Assembly: GCA_002502095.1 (NCBI GenBank)
Contig: DAPJ01000021.1
Coordinates: 29,069-93,068 of the forward strand
Length of the DNA stretch: 64,000 bases
Origin: Euryarchaeota archaeon UBA62
GTDB taxonomy: Archaea; Thermoplasmatota; Poseidoniia; Poseidoniales; Thalassarchaeaceae
Reading direction: 5' to 3'
Shown: one piece after another, positions 10,558 through 20,575 of the stretch
How the letters are laid out: each line of letters begins with the position of its first letter
Position numbering within the stretch: position 1 is the first letter of the stretch
Position numbers and translations under genes: made by a program
Notes under the pieces: generated by a model
Seen by the model: the letters and a program-made list of their open reading frames with translations, nothing else
Databases searched by the model: none
What the model was told of the DNA's origin: nothing

Positions 10558-11195
10558 AAAGATCTGAAAAGGCCAAGAGAATAGGCGAGCAACTAGACTC
10601 ACTATACCCAGAAACACCAATACCCCTCGACCACAAAGACAGCTATACTTTACTCGTCGCAGTGATGCTTTCTGCCCAAACTACAGACAAAAAGGTGAAT
10701 GAAGTCACACCAGCATTGTTTGATATCGCTGACTCTCCAGAAAAGATGGCCGAACTTGAAGTCGAAGAGATAAGATCTCTAATCAGAGAAATAGGTTTAG
10801 CGCCAACAAAGGCAAAGAACCTCAAGAAGATGGCCGAGCAAATCATTGACTCAGGTGGAGAAATATATCCAGATTGGGATTTCCTTGAGTCTTTGGCAGG
10901 AGTTGGCCATAAAACAGCCAGTGTGGTCATGTCTCAGGCTTTTGGGGTTCCTGCATTTCCAGTTGATACTCATATCCATCGTCTGGCCGATAGGTGGGGG
11001 CTTTCCAATGGGACTAATGTAGTAAAGACCGAGAGAGATCTGAAGAAGGTTTTCTCAAGGGATACATGGAATCGAAGACACCTCCAGATAATCTACTTCG
11101 GAAGGGAGTATTGCCCAGCTAGGAATCATGACCTGTCAGAGTGTCCTATATGCTCGTGGTCAGCCACAAAGAAGAGAATTAGACAAGGAAGGTAG
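10554..11195 (+). CDS. nth: Endonuclease III (HhH-GPD DNA glycosylase/AP lyase)
   Basis: MLSAQTTD, helix-hairpin-helix LAGVGHKTASVV, VDTHIHR, and a C-terminal Cys cluster (CPAR..ECPIC). Confidence 0.9.
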   Translation: MKRSEKAKRIGEQLDSLYPETPIPLDHKDSYTLLVAVMLSAQTTDKKVNEVTPALFDIADSPEKMAELEVEEIRSLIREIGLAPTKAKNLKKMAEQIIDSGGEIYPDWDFLESLAGVGHKTASVVMSQAFGVPAFPVDTHIHRLADRWGLSNGTNVVKTERDLKKVFSRDTWNRRHLQIIYFGREYCPARNHDLSECPICSWSATKKRIRQGR

Positions 11196-11202
11196 TAATT
11201 TG

Positions 11203-11775
11203 ATGATTTTTCGTGGCAGGATTACTTCATCGGGCTTCGAAAGTGGGGACTCATTGGTAATTGGCGACTGGATAGAGTCGCCATTGGGGTCCTTCACCAA
11301 CATAATGTGGTCCAAACCAGACGGTAGCAGAGTACTACTTTCGCCCTCTCCCGAGCATGCTGATTTTGTATCCTCACTGTACTATTTTGATGAGGTAGTA
11401 GTAACCGAAATAATCGTAAATAGGAAGAGAAAAGCAGTTTCCATTAAGACGGATTATCTACAAGTTTCCATGTCTTGGGGAGTATCATTGCCGCTCCCAC
11501 TTCCAAGGCCACTATGGTTCATCTCTTCCGTCGAGAACCTCTTCGGAAAAACCATTTTTGGCTCAAGTACCTATGGGATAGCTAGGGATGGAAGCAGGGA
11601 ATGGTACTCAATAAGAGGGATTTCAAGAGTTTTTCACGCAGAGGCAAAAAGCCCCGATTCGAACTTCGGAAAAATTGGAAAAACATCATTCTCCAAGCCA
11701 TTTGGATTTAGTAGTCCGCCAAAGATGCCCACTAGCATCATAGTCAATTCTCATATTGACAGAGAAAAGGCTTGA
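11203..11775 (+). CDS. Hypothetical protein
   Basis: ORF without a recognised family. Start trimmed to MIFRGR, just after the nth stop. Confidence 0.35.
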   Translation: MIFRGRITSSGFESGDSLVIGDWIESPLGSFTNIMWSKPDGSRVLLSPSPEHADFVSSLYYFDEVVVTEIIVNRKRKAVSIKTDYLQVSMSWGVSLPLPLPRPLWFISSVENLFGKTIFGSSTYGIARDGSREWYSIRGISRVFHAEAKSPDSNFGKIGKTSFSKPFGFSSPPKMPTSIIVNSHIDREKA

Positions 11776-11800
11776 AGAACCTAGCAGTAGAGTGAGTAAC

Positions 11801-12283
11801 ATGAGCGAAGTAGTCACATTGATGGTTGGAGATGACGCACCAGATTTTGAAGCACCTTTGACAGATGGATCCAAGTTCGTTCTTTCACAGGTTTTAGATT
11901 CTGGAAAGGGAGTCATTCTTTACTTCTACCCTCGTGATAATACCCCTGGTTGCACAACGCAGGCTTGTGATTTCAGGGATAACTTTAGCAGAATTTCCGA
12001 TAAGTCTTGGATTGTAGTAGGTGTTTCTACTGACTCCGCAAAATCACATGAGAAATTTATTGATAAACACGATCTGCCATTTGACTTGATCGTGGATGAG
12101 GGCGCGGAGTTGCATACCATGTATGGAACATGGAGGGAGAAGAGCATGTATGGGAAGACATACATGGGTACTCTCAGATCGACATTCGCAATCACTCAAG
12201 AAGGTAAACTATCATGGGTTGGATACAAAGTCAAAACAAAGGGCCACGTTGATCAGCTGATGACGGATTTAGGAATTGAGTGA
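11801..12283 (+). CDS. bcp: Peroxiredoxin, Bcp/PrxQ type
   Basis: GDDAPDFEAP, then FYPRDNTPGCTTQAC (peroxidatic Cys in TPGCT). Start trimmed to MSEVVT. Confidence 0.85.
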   Translation: MSEVVTLMVGDDAPDFEAPLTDGSKFVLSQVLDSGKGVILYFYPRDNTPGCTTQACDFRDNFSRISDKSWIVVGVSTDSAKSHEKFIDKHDLPFDLIVDEGAELHTMYGTWREKSMYGKTYMGTLRSTFAITQEGKLSWVGYKVKTKGHVDQLMTDLGIE

Positions 12284-12530
12284 TATAATGGAATCCGACC
12301 AAAGAAGGGACTTGGTCGAAAGGTTCCTCAGGAGATGTGTAATCTATGCTAATGAGTCCATTCGCAGGAAAAGAAAGAGAGGAGAGGATGAAGAAACCAT
12401 AGCCAAGTGGACCGTTTACAGAGATTTTACTGAACACGCTGCAGAGGAAGTCGCAGCTGGGGACCTTGATTCTTGGTTGGAGGACGGACCTGTGGATTTC
12501 GAACCCGATGATCAGGACTCAGACAAGTGA
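12276..12530 (+). CDS. Hypothetical acidic protein
   Basis: 84 aa, charged and acidic C-terminus, no family recognised. Its 3' end overlaps the convergent gene by 19 nt. Confidence 0.3.
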   Translation: MSDIMESDQRRDLVERFLRRCVIYANESIRRKRKRGEDEETIAKWTVYRDFTEHAAEEVAAGDLDSWLEDGPVDFEPDDQDSDK

Positions 12531-12982
12531 CCGTTCCCGCCTATTCCTAGGTCATATTTCGTCGTATCCACTCTCATCATTGCACCAGGTACCATTAGCA
12601 ATGAATCATCCTCGTTTATTGCGAAAGCATGTAGTCCGAGTCTCTCTGACATTTCTTGGACCCTTCTCTTGCATACGTCCTTCTGACTTGGCATATGAGC
12701 TAGAGACCCCAGGTCTACGATTACCATGCATCCTCTGGAAAGCGGTAATGACATTCCTTCAAGAGATAGTCTATGCAATCCATCCGGTTTCAGATAGACT
12801 ACATTTCTGGATGCGCTTGGAGTATGCCTAAGTGTTCTTTCCGACCACTTCATTTCACCTAAGTCAATATGTAGATCCCCCTCCTGTGGGCCGGGATCAG
12901 TGGAAATCGTTTTCCTCTTAGTTTTAGAGGCAGTAGCCTTTGACGGGTCAGGCAGTCCGAGTAGTCTAAACAGGTTTGCCAC
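12512..12982 (-). CDS. sepF: SepF-like cell division protein (DUF552-like core)
   Basis: N-terminal amphipathic MANLFRLLGL resembles the SepF membrane-targeting helix. A linker follows, then a core (VVYLKP..GCMVIVDLGSL..RRVQEMSERLG..LLMVP) whose pattern matches archaeal SepF as I recall it. Confidence 0.5.
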   Translation of the reverse strand: MANLFRLLGLPDPSKATASKTKRKTISTDPGPQEGDLHIDLGEMKWSERTLRHTPSASRNVVYLKPDGLHRLSLEGMSLPLSRGCMVIVDLGSLAHMPSQKDVCKRRVQEMSERLGLHAFAINEDDSLLMVPGAMMRVDTTKYDLGIGGNGHLSES

Positions 12983-12996
12983 GAGGCGCCCGAGAG

Positions 12997-15900
12997 CTAC
13001 TCCTCAAAGAGTGCTTCTATGTCTTCATCATCCAGAGCCTCTTCTAGGGACATAGCGACACTTTCCGAGACCTCCTCCTGTGAATCTTCCTCGTCATCTT
13101 CCTCGAGAGCCCCCTCTGCTTCAGATTCTTCCTCATCCAAAAGAATTCTACTTACATCGTCAGGTATCACAGTCTCCTGTGAAATAGACTCAATTTCCTC
13201 CTCGGTCTGAGTTTCAGAAAGGTCCTCGCTTGAATCATTCAGTCCAGCTTTTGGACCTTCTTTTCTACTTCTATCATCGAATGGATCATATTCCGGGTCA
13301 TCAAATGCATCGTCCACGGATACCTTCTTCAATCTACTAGTTTGATCAACTTGAGGATCTAAGGGCTGAACATTACTCTGCCTATTCCTGATTACAAAAA
13401 CCACTCCAACAATGGAAACAATCAACATTATCACGATTATTAAGCCATAAGAAGCCATGAAATCCCCTAGGCTGAATGGTGCTTCAGAGATAATAACTGT
13501 AAGGGTAATTGAGGAACCGGGACCCTCGTCAACGGCTGTCATGCTAACAGTTCTACTGCCAGAGCCCGTGAATGTCCACTCGATCCACTTCCCCTGGATA
13601 TCAATGTCATTGGCCGCATTGCCGTCTCCATCACTGTCAACTGATGTATCCATGTCCCAGTTGTAAAGTAGATTTTCCATGTCATACGAAGAATCAGTAG
13701 TTCCATTGGCGCTAAAGAAAACAACATCCCCTTCCACTGGAGAGAATGTGCTTGGAGAAGCTCTTGGATCCGGATTGACATTTCGTATATCGATCGGAAT
13801 TTCTATCATCGCCGTACTTCCATCATCATCTGTCACGTGAAACACAATCATTGTAGGGGCAGTAGTTGCATCCGGCCAGGATCTCTCCAGTGTGTTGGAC
13901 TCCAGATCGCAATCGTCGGAGGATCCTCCTGAATCATCAGAATCGGTCATTGGGTCCAAATCGAAGCAATTTCTGAGCGTTAGCATATCTCCTGACGTAT
14001 CAATCGTACTTACGGATATAGATACAGTAGAATCCTCAGCGGCGGGAAGCGGAGGGGCCAGGGGAGTGATTTGGGGATCGATATTCTGGATTTCTATGGG
14101 CACGATCAGAGATTCAGTGCTAGCTCCATCATTATCTACCACTTGAAGGGTTGCAAGATGCAACCCAGATGTGTGATATGTGTGTTCAACAGTGCTTTTC
14201 CTGCCCTCATAGTTGATGGTAAGCTCTGGATTATTTTCTGCATCGGGATTCCAAATGTGAAATAGGGTACTCAGGTCATTCTGAGAATCATCCGCAAATC
14301 CTTCAAAAATCAATAAATCTCCCTCATTGGCCATGTAGACGCCCCTACTATCTGGTATCATTCTATTTCCTCCCATCCAAATCTCAGCACGAGGATTAGT
14401 GGGTGCAATGTTCCTGACCTCAATTGTTTTGTTTGAGTATCCTATGTCATCATCATCATCGACGGCTTCGACTCTGATGGTATAGTTGCCTTCAACTTCT
14501 GGAGTTACAGTACAATAGACTCCAACTTGACCTTCGTCACAGGGGTATGTAGAGTCCCATAGTATATCCATTGGAGCCTGTGGAGTCTGAGTATCAACAT
14601 CACTACGCTCCTCGACATTGAATTGTAGAGGGGAGAGGACGTAGGTCCACTCATACTCGGAACCAATGGAGATTTCAGGAGGCCTGTTTAGAATCTCTAT
14701 ACTCTGAACAATAACTACCTCATCGTTTTCATCATCTGTAACGGACAGCTGGACATCGTAAGTACCGTCATCATCCCATGTATGCTCAAAGATACAATCT
14801 TCCTCTGTAGAAGAAACGGAGTTTCCTTCCGGCATCGAAATGGTGAACATACAAGACAAATCCCCTCCATCCTCATCATAAGAGACACTACCGTCCAACA
14901 CCACTTCGGACTTAGTCAAGGACTGGGTTGGCATATCCAGAGATACGATCGGAAGCCTTCCGATAAACAAAGAAAATACCCCATTGTTATTCGTCCTGTC
15001 TCCATCATCGGAAATCAACGCATCAGGATCTACTTGGAAAGAAAGAGTGATTTCTCCGATGGGATGGGAATTTCGTACAGTCCAATTCACCTCTACTACC
15101 GCCTGTTCCAAACTGTCAAGAGATGGGACCTGAACAGTTTGAGTTGATCCATCAGGGGAAACAACATTCATTGTCGTCGAGGGAGAGGTCATCAGTCCCC
15201 TGTTCTGAATGGGAACATAGAATTTTAGAATATCCCCGGGAACTGCATTGAAGCCTGTAGAAGAAGCCAGAGTAGTGGTAGACTGCCCCCTAGTCCTGTC
15301 AACCGTGACTCCTTCGGTCAGTGCGACCAAATCAATAGTACTGACATTTGGATCGATTGTTATTGTTGAAGCGCCAACTATCTTCTGAGAGGGAATCCAT
15401 GCAATTACGCCATGACTCCCAGCTTCACTGCCACCGGTGGAGTCATCGGCAGAATTGCCTGTATTGAATGCAATATTGACAGAACCATTTGCCGAGGTCG
15501 TGACGGTCCTTATATCGCCATCAATTCCGTATCTGAACTCTAGCTCCTGCCCTGAAACAGGTTGTCCATTTTGAGTCACATTTGCCCATGCCGATGTATC
15601 GAAGTCCAAAGGAGAAAGGGGATATTCAAATTCAATCGAGATCTGCTTACTTCTTCCAGCCTGGTAAGTCTCCAGCTCATGGAATGCATTGATCCCATCA
15701 ATTATGTCTGTACTGGATGAAACATCCCCTCTAACTGCTGGACAGAACCACCTGTATCCGTCCGCTGAACCATTAGAATCGAAGGTCGTCACATTGTATG
15801 ATTGCTGACAGGAGGCAAAAGAAGTACCTGGTGCACCCCTACTCATAACTTGCCAGCTTCTAGATTCAGCGGACTGACTATCATCAGGTATGTCTACGAA

Positions 15901-16533
15901 GTCACTAGAGCCCTGATAATCAGTCTCTTGGTAATAGCTAGATGACCAGTAGTCCCCGACAGTAAGGGGGAAGTCATATCCCTCTGTAGGCGGGGAGTAT
16001 GTCTGAGTAATAGTCAATTCTGCTACATCGATGTCTATCGTCCACCAGAAAATTCTGTATCCAAAGTCTATGTCTATTGTCGCTTCCTGTTCGATAACGG
16101 CCAAGTCGGATGCACGAACTAACTCCAGAGTCTGCATCTCTATGTCTAAATCACCAGTATTTCCATCTAGATCCACATTCTGGGCGTCATAGGTGCCGAT
16201 AGATACCGCCTCATAAACCAGCGTTGAACGGTTATCAACGATCATTGTGTAGGTATCCGTGACTGTCCTATCTAGCGTACCAGTCAGGAATTGTACATTT
16301 GTGGATACGCCCGAAGAGCTAACGAATTCCCCAACATCAAGATAGCCGTCATATACCCACCTATCTCCAACCTGCCAAGTTGGAACATCTGTAATCGCAA
16401 TGTTTCTACCTACCGATTCTAGCTTCAAACTGTCTTCATCCATACTCTCCATTTCATCGGAATAGAACATCAATACGCTTTGTGAAGAGAGAAGAATAAC
16501 TACCATAAGTGCTGACGCGAGTGACTTACTCAT
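12997..16533 (-). CDS. Large cell-surface protein with PKD-like repeats, C-terminal TM anchor and acidic cytoplasmic tail
   Basis: Signal-like N-terminus. Several PKD-type units (e.g. DGSVSYDEDGG..HTWDDDGTYDVQLSVTDDEND, HTYHTSGLHLATLQVVDNDGAS). TM helix YGLIIVIMLIVSIVGVVFVI. About 130 aa D/E-rich tail. Confidence 0.7.
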   Translation of the reverse strand: MSKSLASALMVVILLSSQSVLMFYSDEMESMDEDSLKLESVGRNIAITDVPTWQVGDRWVYDGYLDVGEFVSSSGVSTNVQFLTGTLDRTVTDTYTMIVDNRSTLVYEAVSIGTYDAQNVDLDGNTGDLDIEMQTLELVRASDLAVIEQEATIDIDFGYRIFWWTIDIDVAELTITQTYSPPTEGYDFPLTVGDYWSSSYYQETDYQGSSDFVDIPDDSQSAESRSWQVMSRGAPGTSFASCQQSYNVTTFDSNGSADGYRWFCPAVRGDVSSSTDIIDGINAFHELETYQAGRSKQISIEFEYPLSPLDFDTSAWANVTQNGQPVSGQELEFRYGIDGDIRTVTTSANGSVNIAFNTGNSADDSTGGSEAGSHGVIAWIPSQKIVGASTITIDPNVSTIDLVALTEGVTVDRTRGQSTTTLASSTGFNAVPGDILKFYVPIQNRGLMTSPSTTMNVVSPDGSTQTVQVPSLDSLEQAVVEVNWTVRNSHPIGEITLSFQVDPDALISDDGDRTNNNGVFSLFIGRLPIVSLDMPTQSLTKSEVVLDGSVSYDEDGGDLSCMFTISMPEGNSVSSTEEDCIFEHTWDDDGTYDVQLSVTDDENDEVVIVQSIEILNRPPEISIGSEYEWTYVLSPLQFNVEERSDVDTQTPQAPMDILWDSTYPCDEGQVGVYCTVTPEVEGNYTIRVEAVDDDDDIGYSNKTIEVRNIAPTNPRAEIWMGGNRMIPDSRGVYMANEGDLLIFEGFADDSQNDLSTLFHIWNPDAENNPELTINYEGRKSTVEHTYHTSGLHLATLQVVDNDGASTESLIVPIEIQNIDPQITPLAPPLPAAEDSTVSISVSTIDTSGDMLTLRNCFDLDPMTDSDDSGGSSDDCDLESNTLERSWPDATTAPTMIVFHVTDDDGSTAMIEIPIDIRNVNPDPRASPSTFSPVEGDVVFFSANGTTDSSYDMENLLYNWDMDTSVDSDGDGNAANDIDIQGKWIEWTFTGSGSRTVSMTAVDEGPGSSITLTVIISEAPFSLGDFMASYGLIIVIMLIVSIVGVVFVIRNRQSNVQPLDPQVDQTSRLKKVSVDDAFDDPEYDPFDDRSRKEGPKAGLNDSSEDLSETQTEEEIESISQETVIPDDVSRILLDEEESEAEGALEEDDEEDSQEEVSESVAMSLEEALDDEDIEALFEE

Positions 16534-16581
16534 ACATCTCCTATGGAGATGCTACAAATCAATGTGACTGTAAGGTCTTGA

Positions 16582-17310
16582 TTACATAGCCCTGTAATCA
16601 GGAAGGTCTGCTAACTCATCCTGAATGAACTGAACAGCCTCTAGAATCTGATCTTTTGCCCTTGCTCCGGTTATGACCATCTTGCCACTTCCGAAAATCA
16701 GACAAACTACCTTGGGATAATCTAACCTGTAAATTAGACCCGGGAACTGCTCTGGCTCATACTCTACCTTGTCAAAAGGAAGATGGAAAGTTAGGTTGTT
16801 GAGATTCAGTCTTCTAGGGAGTGCAGCTAAGGGCTCTCCTTGCTTGATTCCCCTGATTCTCGAGTCCTCATTCTCAACTTCCTCGTCAGTAGCAGCTCTG
16901 ATTCCACCAGCATCATCGATAACCTTGGTGTTGATATCATCCATCTTAGCGACTCCAGTGTAATCTTCAGGGAAGAAGAGAGAATAAGTCGCAACCATGT
17001 TCTGAACCTCAATATCCACATCGGCAACATCCCATGTTGAGATTCCCGCAGCGCGAAGATCGCCAATCATCCTCTCGATTCCTGTTTCAATATTCTGCTG
17101 ATTCTTACCGCCAGTGCACACTGCTCTGCCAGATCTGAACATGAGTATAGCCAGTTTGGGATCTACAACACGGTAGACAACTCCTGGGAATTGTTCAGGC
17201 TCGTATTCACAATTCAACTGAATTGCTATATCCGGGAGATCAAGCTCCTCGGCAACTCTTGTCGACGCTACAACATTCACTACGGTTAGGCGTTCTTCAT
17301 CGCTTAGCAT
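16582..17310 (-). CDS. tbp: TATA-box binding protein with an insertion in repeat 2
   Basis: Two TBP repeats, each with EYEPEQFPG(V/L).YR and F.SG..V.TG. 242 aa versus about 180-190 aa usual. Confidence 0.9.
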   Translation of the reverse strand: MLSDEERLTVVNVVASTRVAEELDLPDIAIQLNCEYEPEQFPGVVYRVVDPKLAILMFRSGRAVCTGGKNQQNIETGIERMIGDLRAAGISTWDVADVDIEVQNMVATYSLFFPEDYTGVAKMDDINTKVIDDAGGIRAATDEEVENEDSRIRGIKQGEPLAALPRRLNLNNLTFHLPFDKVEYEPEQFPGLIYRLDYPKVVCLIFGSGKMVITGARAKDQILEAVQFIQDELADLPDYRAM

Positions 17311-17375
17311 GGGTCCCGCACTTATATTCTACTTATAAAAGATATCAGTCATTATCAGTAAGAAATGTCCTGTAT

Positions 17376-18356
17376 TCAATTTTCTTCTGCCACAATCCTG
17401 GCTCCACCTGAACCAAACTTCGATACCAGAGGTCTGCCCCCAGCAATTTCAATACATTCAGCTACTCTCTGGGGATTTCTAGTCAGTGAGACCATACATC
17501 CGCCTCCACCAGCTCCTGTCAGTTTCGCTCCCAGAGAGTGACTTTCTGTGGCTGAAATAAGATTTTCAAGCTCTGGACTACTTACCCCAATTTTACGTAA
17601 TCTTTCCTGACACTCATTCATGGCCCGACCAACTTCTTCCATATTTCCCGATGAAAGCTCTCTCAGGCCAGAATAAGTAATCTCCCCAATAGCTTCTATT
17701 TCCTTCATCTTTAGTGGGTCGGACTTGAGTAATTCAGACACCCCTGCTACCATATCCCCAGTAGGAGAACCTATGCCAGTGAATCCTAATACTAGCCACA
17801 CATCTTCTATTTCTGGCATCTCAACCTTGCTAATTGACCAATTTCTGCTACCTTCGGGAGTTTCTAGGGTCGCATCAAAGATATGCTTCGTTCCAGCGGG
17901 GGAGCTCCCTGAAACTACAACGCATCCTCCGAGAGCGCTTGTTGCCGTATCAGTAGGGCTGGCTCTGCCTTTCTGGGCATTGGCCTCAGCTGAGTGCCCC
18001 ATCCTAGCTAGTGAAATCAAGTCAAGTGTAGATTCTGGATCTACCAATTCTTGCAAGGCCGCACCCATAGCATTAGACAGTGCCGCCGATGAACCAAGTC
18101 CAGCCGCCGAATATAGACTACTCTTGATATCTATTTCTAGAGGGGGGCCGGAGTACTGGAAGATATCATTTAGTATATGAGAGATATGAGGGTGCTTTGA
18201 AGCTTCAAATGGCATTCCTTCTAAGCTCCACCTGTTTGACTCAGATATTGAAACCTCTACGCCAGCTTCTATTGAAACAGCAACTGCAGGTTGCCCATAT
18301 ACCACTGCATGCTCTCCAAACAAGATACATTTGCCCGGTGCGAACGCTCTTGCCAC
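17376..18356 (-). CDS. mvk: Mevalonate kinase
   Basis: GHMP kinase motifs: APGKCILFGEHAVVYG, SAAGLGSSAALS, KLTGAGGGGC. GTG start. Confidence 0.9.
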   Translation of the reverse strand: MARAFAPGKCILFGEHAVVYGQPAVAVSIEAGVEVSISESNRWSLEGMPFEASKHPHISHILNDIFQYSGPPLEIDIKSSLYSAAGLGSSAALSNAMGAALQELVDPESTLDLISLARMGHSAEANAQKGRASPTDTATSALGGCVVVSGSSPAGTKHIFDATLETPEGSRNWSISKVEMPEIEDVWLVLGFTGIGSPTGDMVAGVSELLKSDPLKMKEIEAIGEITYSGLRELSSGNMEEVGRAMNECQERLRKIGVSSPELENLISATESHSLGAKLTGAGGGGCMVSLTRNPQRVAECIEIAGGRPLVSKFGSGGARIVAEEN

Positions 18357-18500
18357 GTCCCTCGCCCGTAGTCAAGGGAAATGAGCATTGGCATAGATCA
18401 ATAGCATCGGTTCCTTCAAGTCCAACTACTGTTTGGGAGGGGTACTAGTAAGCACAGAGGGGATAATCTGGAACATCCATTACTTCAGTCATACGGGCCT

Positions 18501-20510
18501 TTGGAAGGTTGGCATATTCTGTTAGTCATCGGATTCATATCAATTGGATTCTTCACTTATCAAGTTCAGAAGGCTACTAGATTGGTAATGCTCGGGTCTT
18601 CCGATGACAGGTTTGATTCATGGAGCACCAGGATCAGTGAATTCATCTCTGGATGGTTATTCCAGAAGAAAGTCCTCAGAGATAAGGTCGCAGGAACTAT
18701 GCATGTTCTGATGTTCTGGGGTTTCCTAATGTTAGCATCGGACATGCTGGACTTAGCTACTGCTAATGCATTTTCTGGAAAGGTACTGCCAGCAATTTTA
18801 GTCGGGCCTTGGAATGGAATGGTGGAGTTGGGATACTTCATGGCTCTTGTCGGTTGCGTCAGTGCTCTAACCCGCAGGGTTGTATTCACTCCTGAGAAGC
18901 TGAAGGGAAAATCTCAGCTTGAGGGAAACGTCATTCTACTGCTTATTTTCACCATCACTACTACTTCTTTCATAGTGGAGTCAGCTGAGTCACCCAGTTC
19001 TTTTTGGGAGCCACTCGGGTACTGGTTCTCGGAACAAGGACTTTCGGAGCAAACCGTAATCCTGTCATACTGGGCCCACATGCTGGCAATCTCTGTTTTC
19101 CTGTTCTTGATTCCTTTGTCTAAGCACATGCACTTAGTCATGGCCGTCCCAAATGTCTTCTTCCACGATGCTGGTCCCATGGCTAGGATGAGGCCATTAG
19201 CAACTGGAGATGACGGTAAGGCAGTACCCCTGGAAGATTTAGATATTGACTCATTCGGAGTCAGCACTTACAATCAGTACTCTTGGAGACAACTCATTGA
19301 TGGTTGGTCATGTACCTCCTGTGCTAGATGCCAAGACGTATGCCCCGCCTATGCTTCTGGCAAGGGATTGAATCCAATGCAAGTTATCCATGATGTAAGG
19401 AACTACGCAAATGATCACGCTCCGATTCTTCTGTCCGGGGGCCAACCAGATGAAACAATGCTCGAGAGGATTACAGAGGAGGCAGTTTGGGCATGTACTA
19501 CATGCAACGCTTGCGTTGATGTTTGTCCCCTGTACATTGAGCATGTTCCAAAGCTAACCGATCTAAGAAGGAACGCAATGATGGAGACTATGGAGTATCC
19601 AGAGGTCCTTAATACGGCAATGGGAAATATAGAGTCAGCATCTAATCCATACGGATTTGGGGCGCATGAGAGGGCTGACTGGGCTTCAGATCTAGGAGTT
19701 AAGGTAGGAGAGCCAGCCGAGTATATTTACTTCGTAGGATGTGCAGCTAGTTTTGATGAGAGGAACCAGAAGGTGGCTAGATCTACCATCTCTCTACTCA
19801 AGGAGGCTGGGTTGGACGTAGGAATCTTGGGAATGCAAGAAGGATGCTCTGGAGACCCTGCCAGAAGGGCAGGAAACGAATACCTTTTCCAGATGCTAGC
19901 CGAGACAAATATGTCTACATTCCAAGAGCTTGGAGTCAAGAGGATTGTTGCATCTTGCCCACATTGTTTCCACACTCTAGGGAAAGAATACGGAGATTTT
20001 GGAGGAGAAGACTTGGAGGTATTTCACCATTCTGAGATAATCGCCAAGCTTCAGCAAGAAGGAAAACTTCCAGAGGCAGAAAAGAATGGGCGCAGTATCA
20101 CATTCCATGATCCCTGTTACCTAGGAAGGATTGGGGATATCGTGGACGCTCCTCGATCAGTAATAGGGGGCGTTGACGCCGAGCCCGAGAGGCACGGTAA
20201 GGACTCATTCTGTTGCGGTGCAGGTGGTGCTCAGATGTGGATGGAAGAAGATGCCGACAAGAGAGTTAACGAGATTAGGGCGGCAGAACTTGCTGAGACA
20301 GGATGTGACACTGTAGCAGTTGGTTGCCCCTTCTGTTCAGTCATGGTCAAGGATGGTTTGGATGCAGTAGGTTCTGATATGGAAGTTCTCGATGTTGCAG
20401 AGCTACTATGGGAGCAGATCGTTGCACGTGATCTGGAGATACATGACAAGTCTAAAAATAGGACTGGAAAGGCAAGAATATGGGACTCATCAATTTCCGA
20501 TCTGGTATGA
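18501..20510 (+). CDS. Membrane-anchored HdrD/GlpC-like Fe-S oxidoreductase (fused integral-membrane and CCG domains)
   Basis: N-terminal part has about 5-6 TM helices. Two ferredoxin-type motifs: CTSCARCQDVCP and CTTCNACVDVCP. Two Cys-rich CCG-type regions: VGCAASFD..SCPHC and DPCY..FCCGAGG..GCPFC. TTG start per the ORF track. Confidence 0.75.
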   Translation: MEGWHILLVIGFISIGFFTYQVQKATRLVMLGSSDDRFDSWSTRISEFISGWLFQKKVLRDKVAGTMHVLMFWGFLMLASDMLDLATANAFSGKVLPAILVGPWNGMVELGYFMALVGCVSALTRRVVFTPEKLKGKSQLEGNVILLLIFTITTTSFIVESAESPSSFWEPLGYWFSEQGLSEQTVILSYWAHMLAISVFLFLIPLSKHMHLVMAVPNVFFHDAGPMARMRPLATGDDGKAVPLEDLDIDSFGVSTYNQYSWRQLIDGWSCTSCARCQDVCPAYASGKGLNPMQVIHDVRNYANDHAPILLSGGQPDETMLERITEEAVWACTTCNACVDVCPLYIEHVPKLTDLRRNAMMETMEYPEVLNTAMGNIESASNPYGFGAHERADWASDLGVKVGEPAEYIYFVGCAASFDERNQKVARSTISLLKEAGLDVGILGMQEGCSGDPARRAGNEYLFQMLAETNMSTFQELGVKRIVASCPHCFHTLGKEYGDFGGEDLEVFHHSEIIAKLQQEGKLPEAEKNGRSITFHDPCYLGRIGDIVDAPRSVIGGVDAEPERHGKDSFCCGAGGAQMWMEEDADKRVNEIRAAELAETGCDTVAVGCPFCSVMVKDGLDAVGSDMEVLDVAELLWEQIVARDLEIHDKSKNRTGKARIWDSSISDLV

Positions 20511-20575
20511 TTGATCGATTTTTATTCTGCCACGTCCTCAGTGAGTGTCATAAGTAAAACCTCCAAGCCAGAACC

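Noticed and set aside
12466-12831. 121-aa plus-strand ORF overlapping the SepF-like gene.
   Set aside because: It is antisense to a gene with recognisable SepF-like organisation, and its translation has no motifs.
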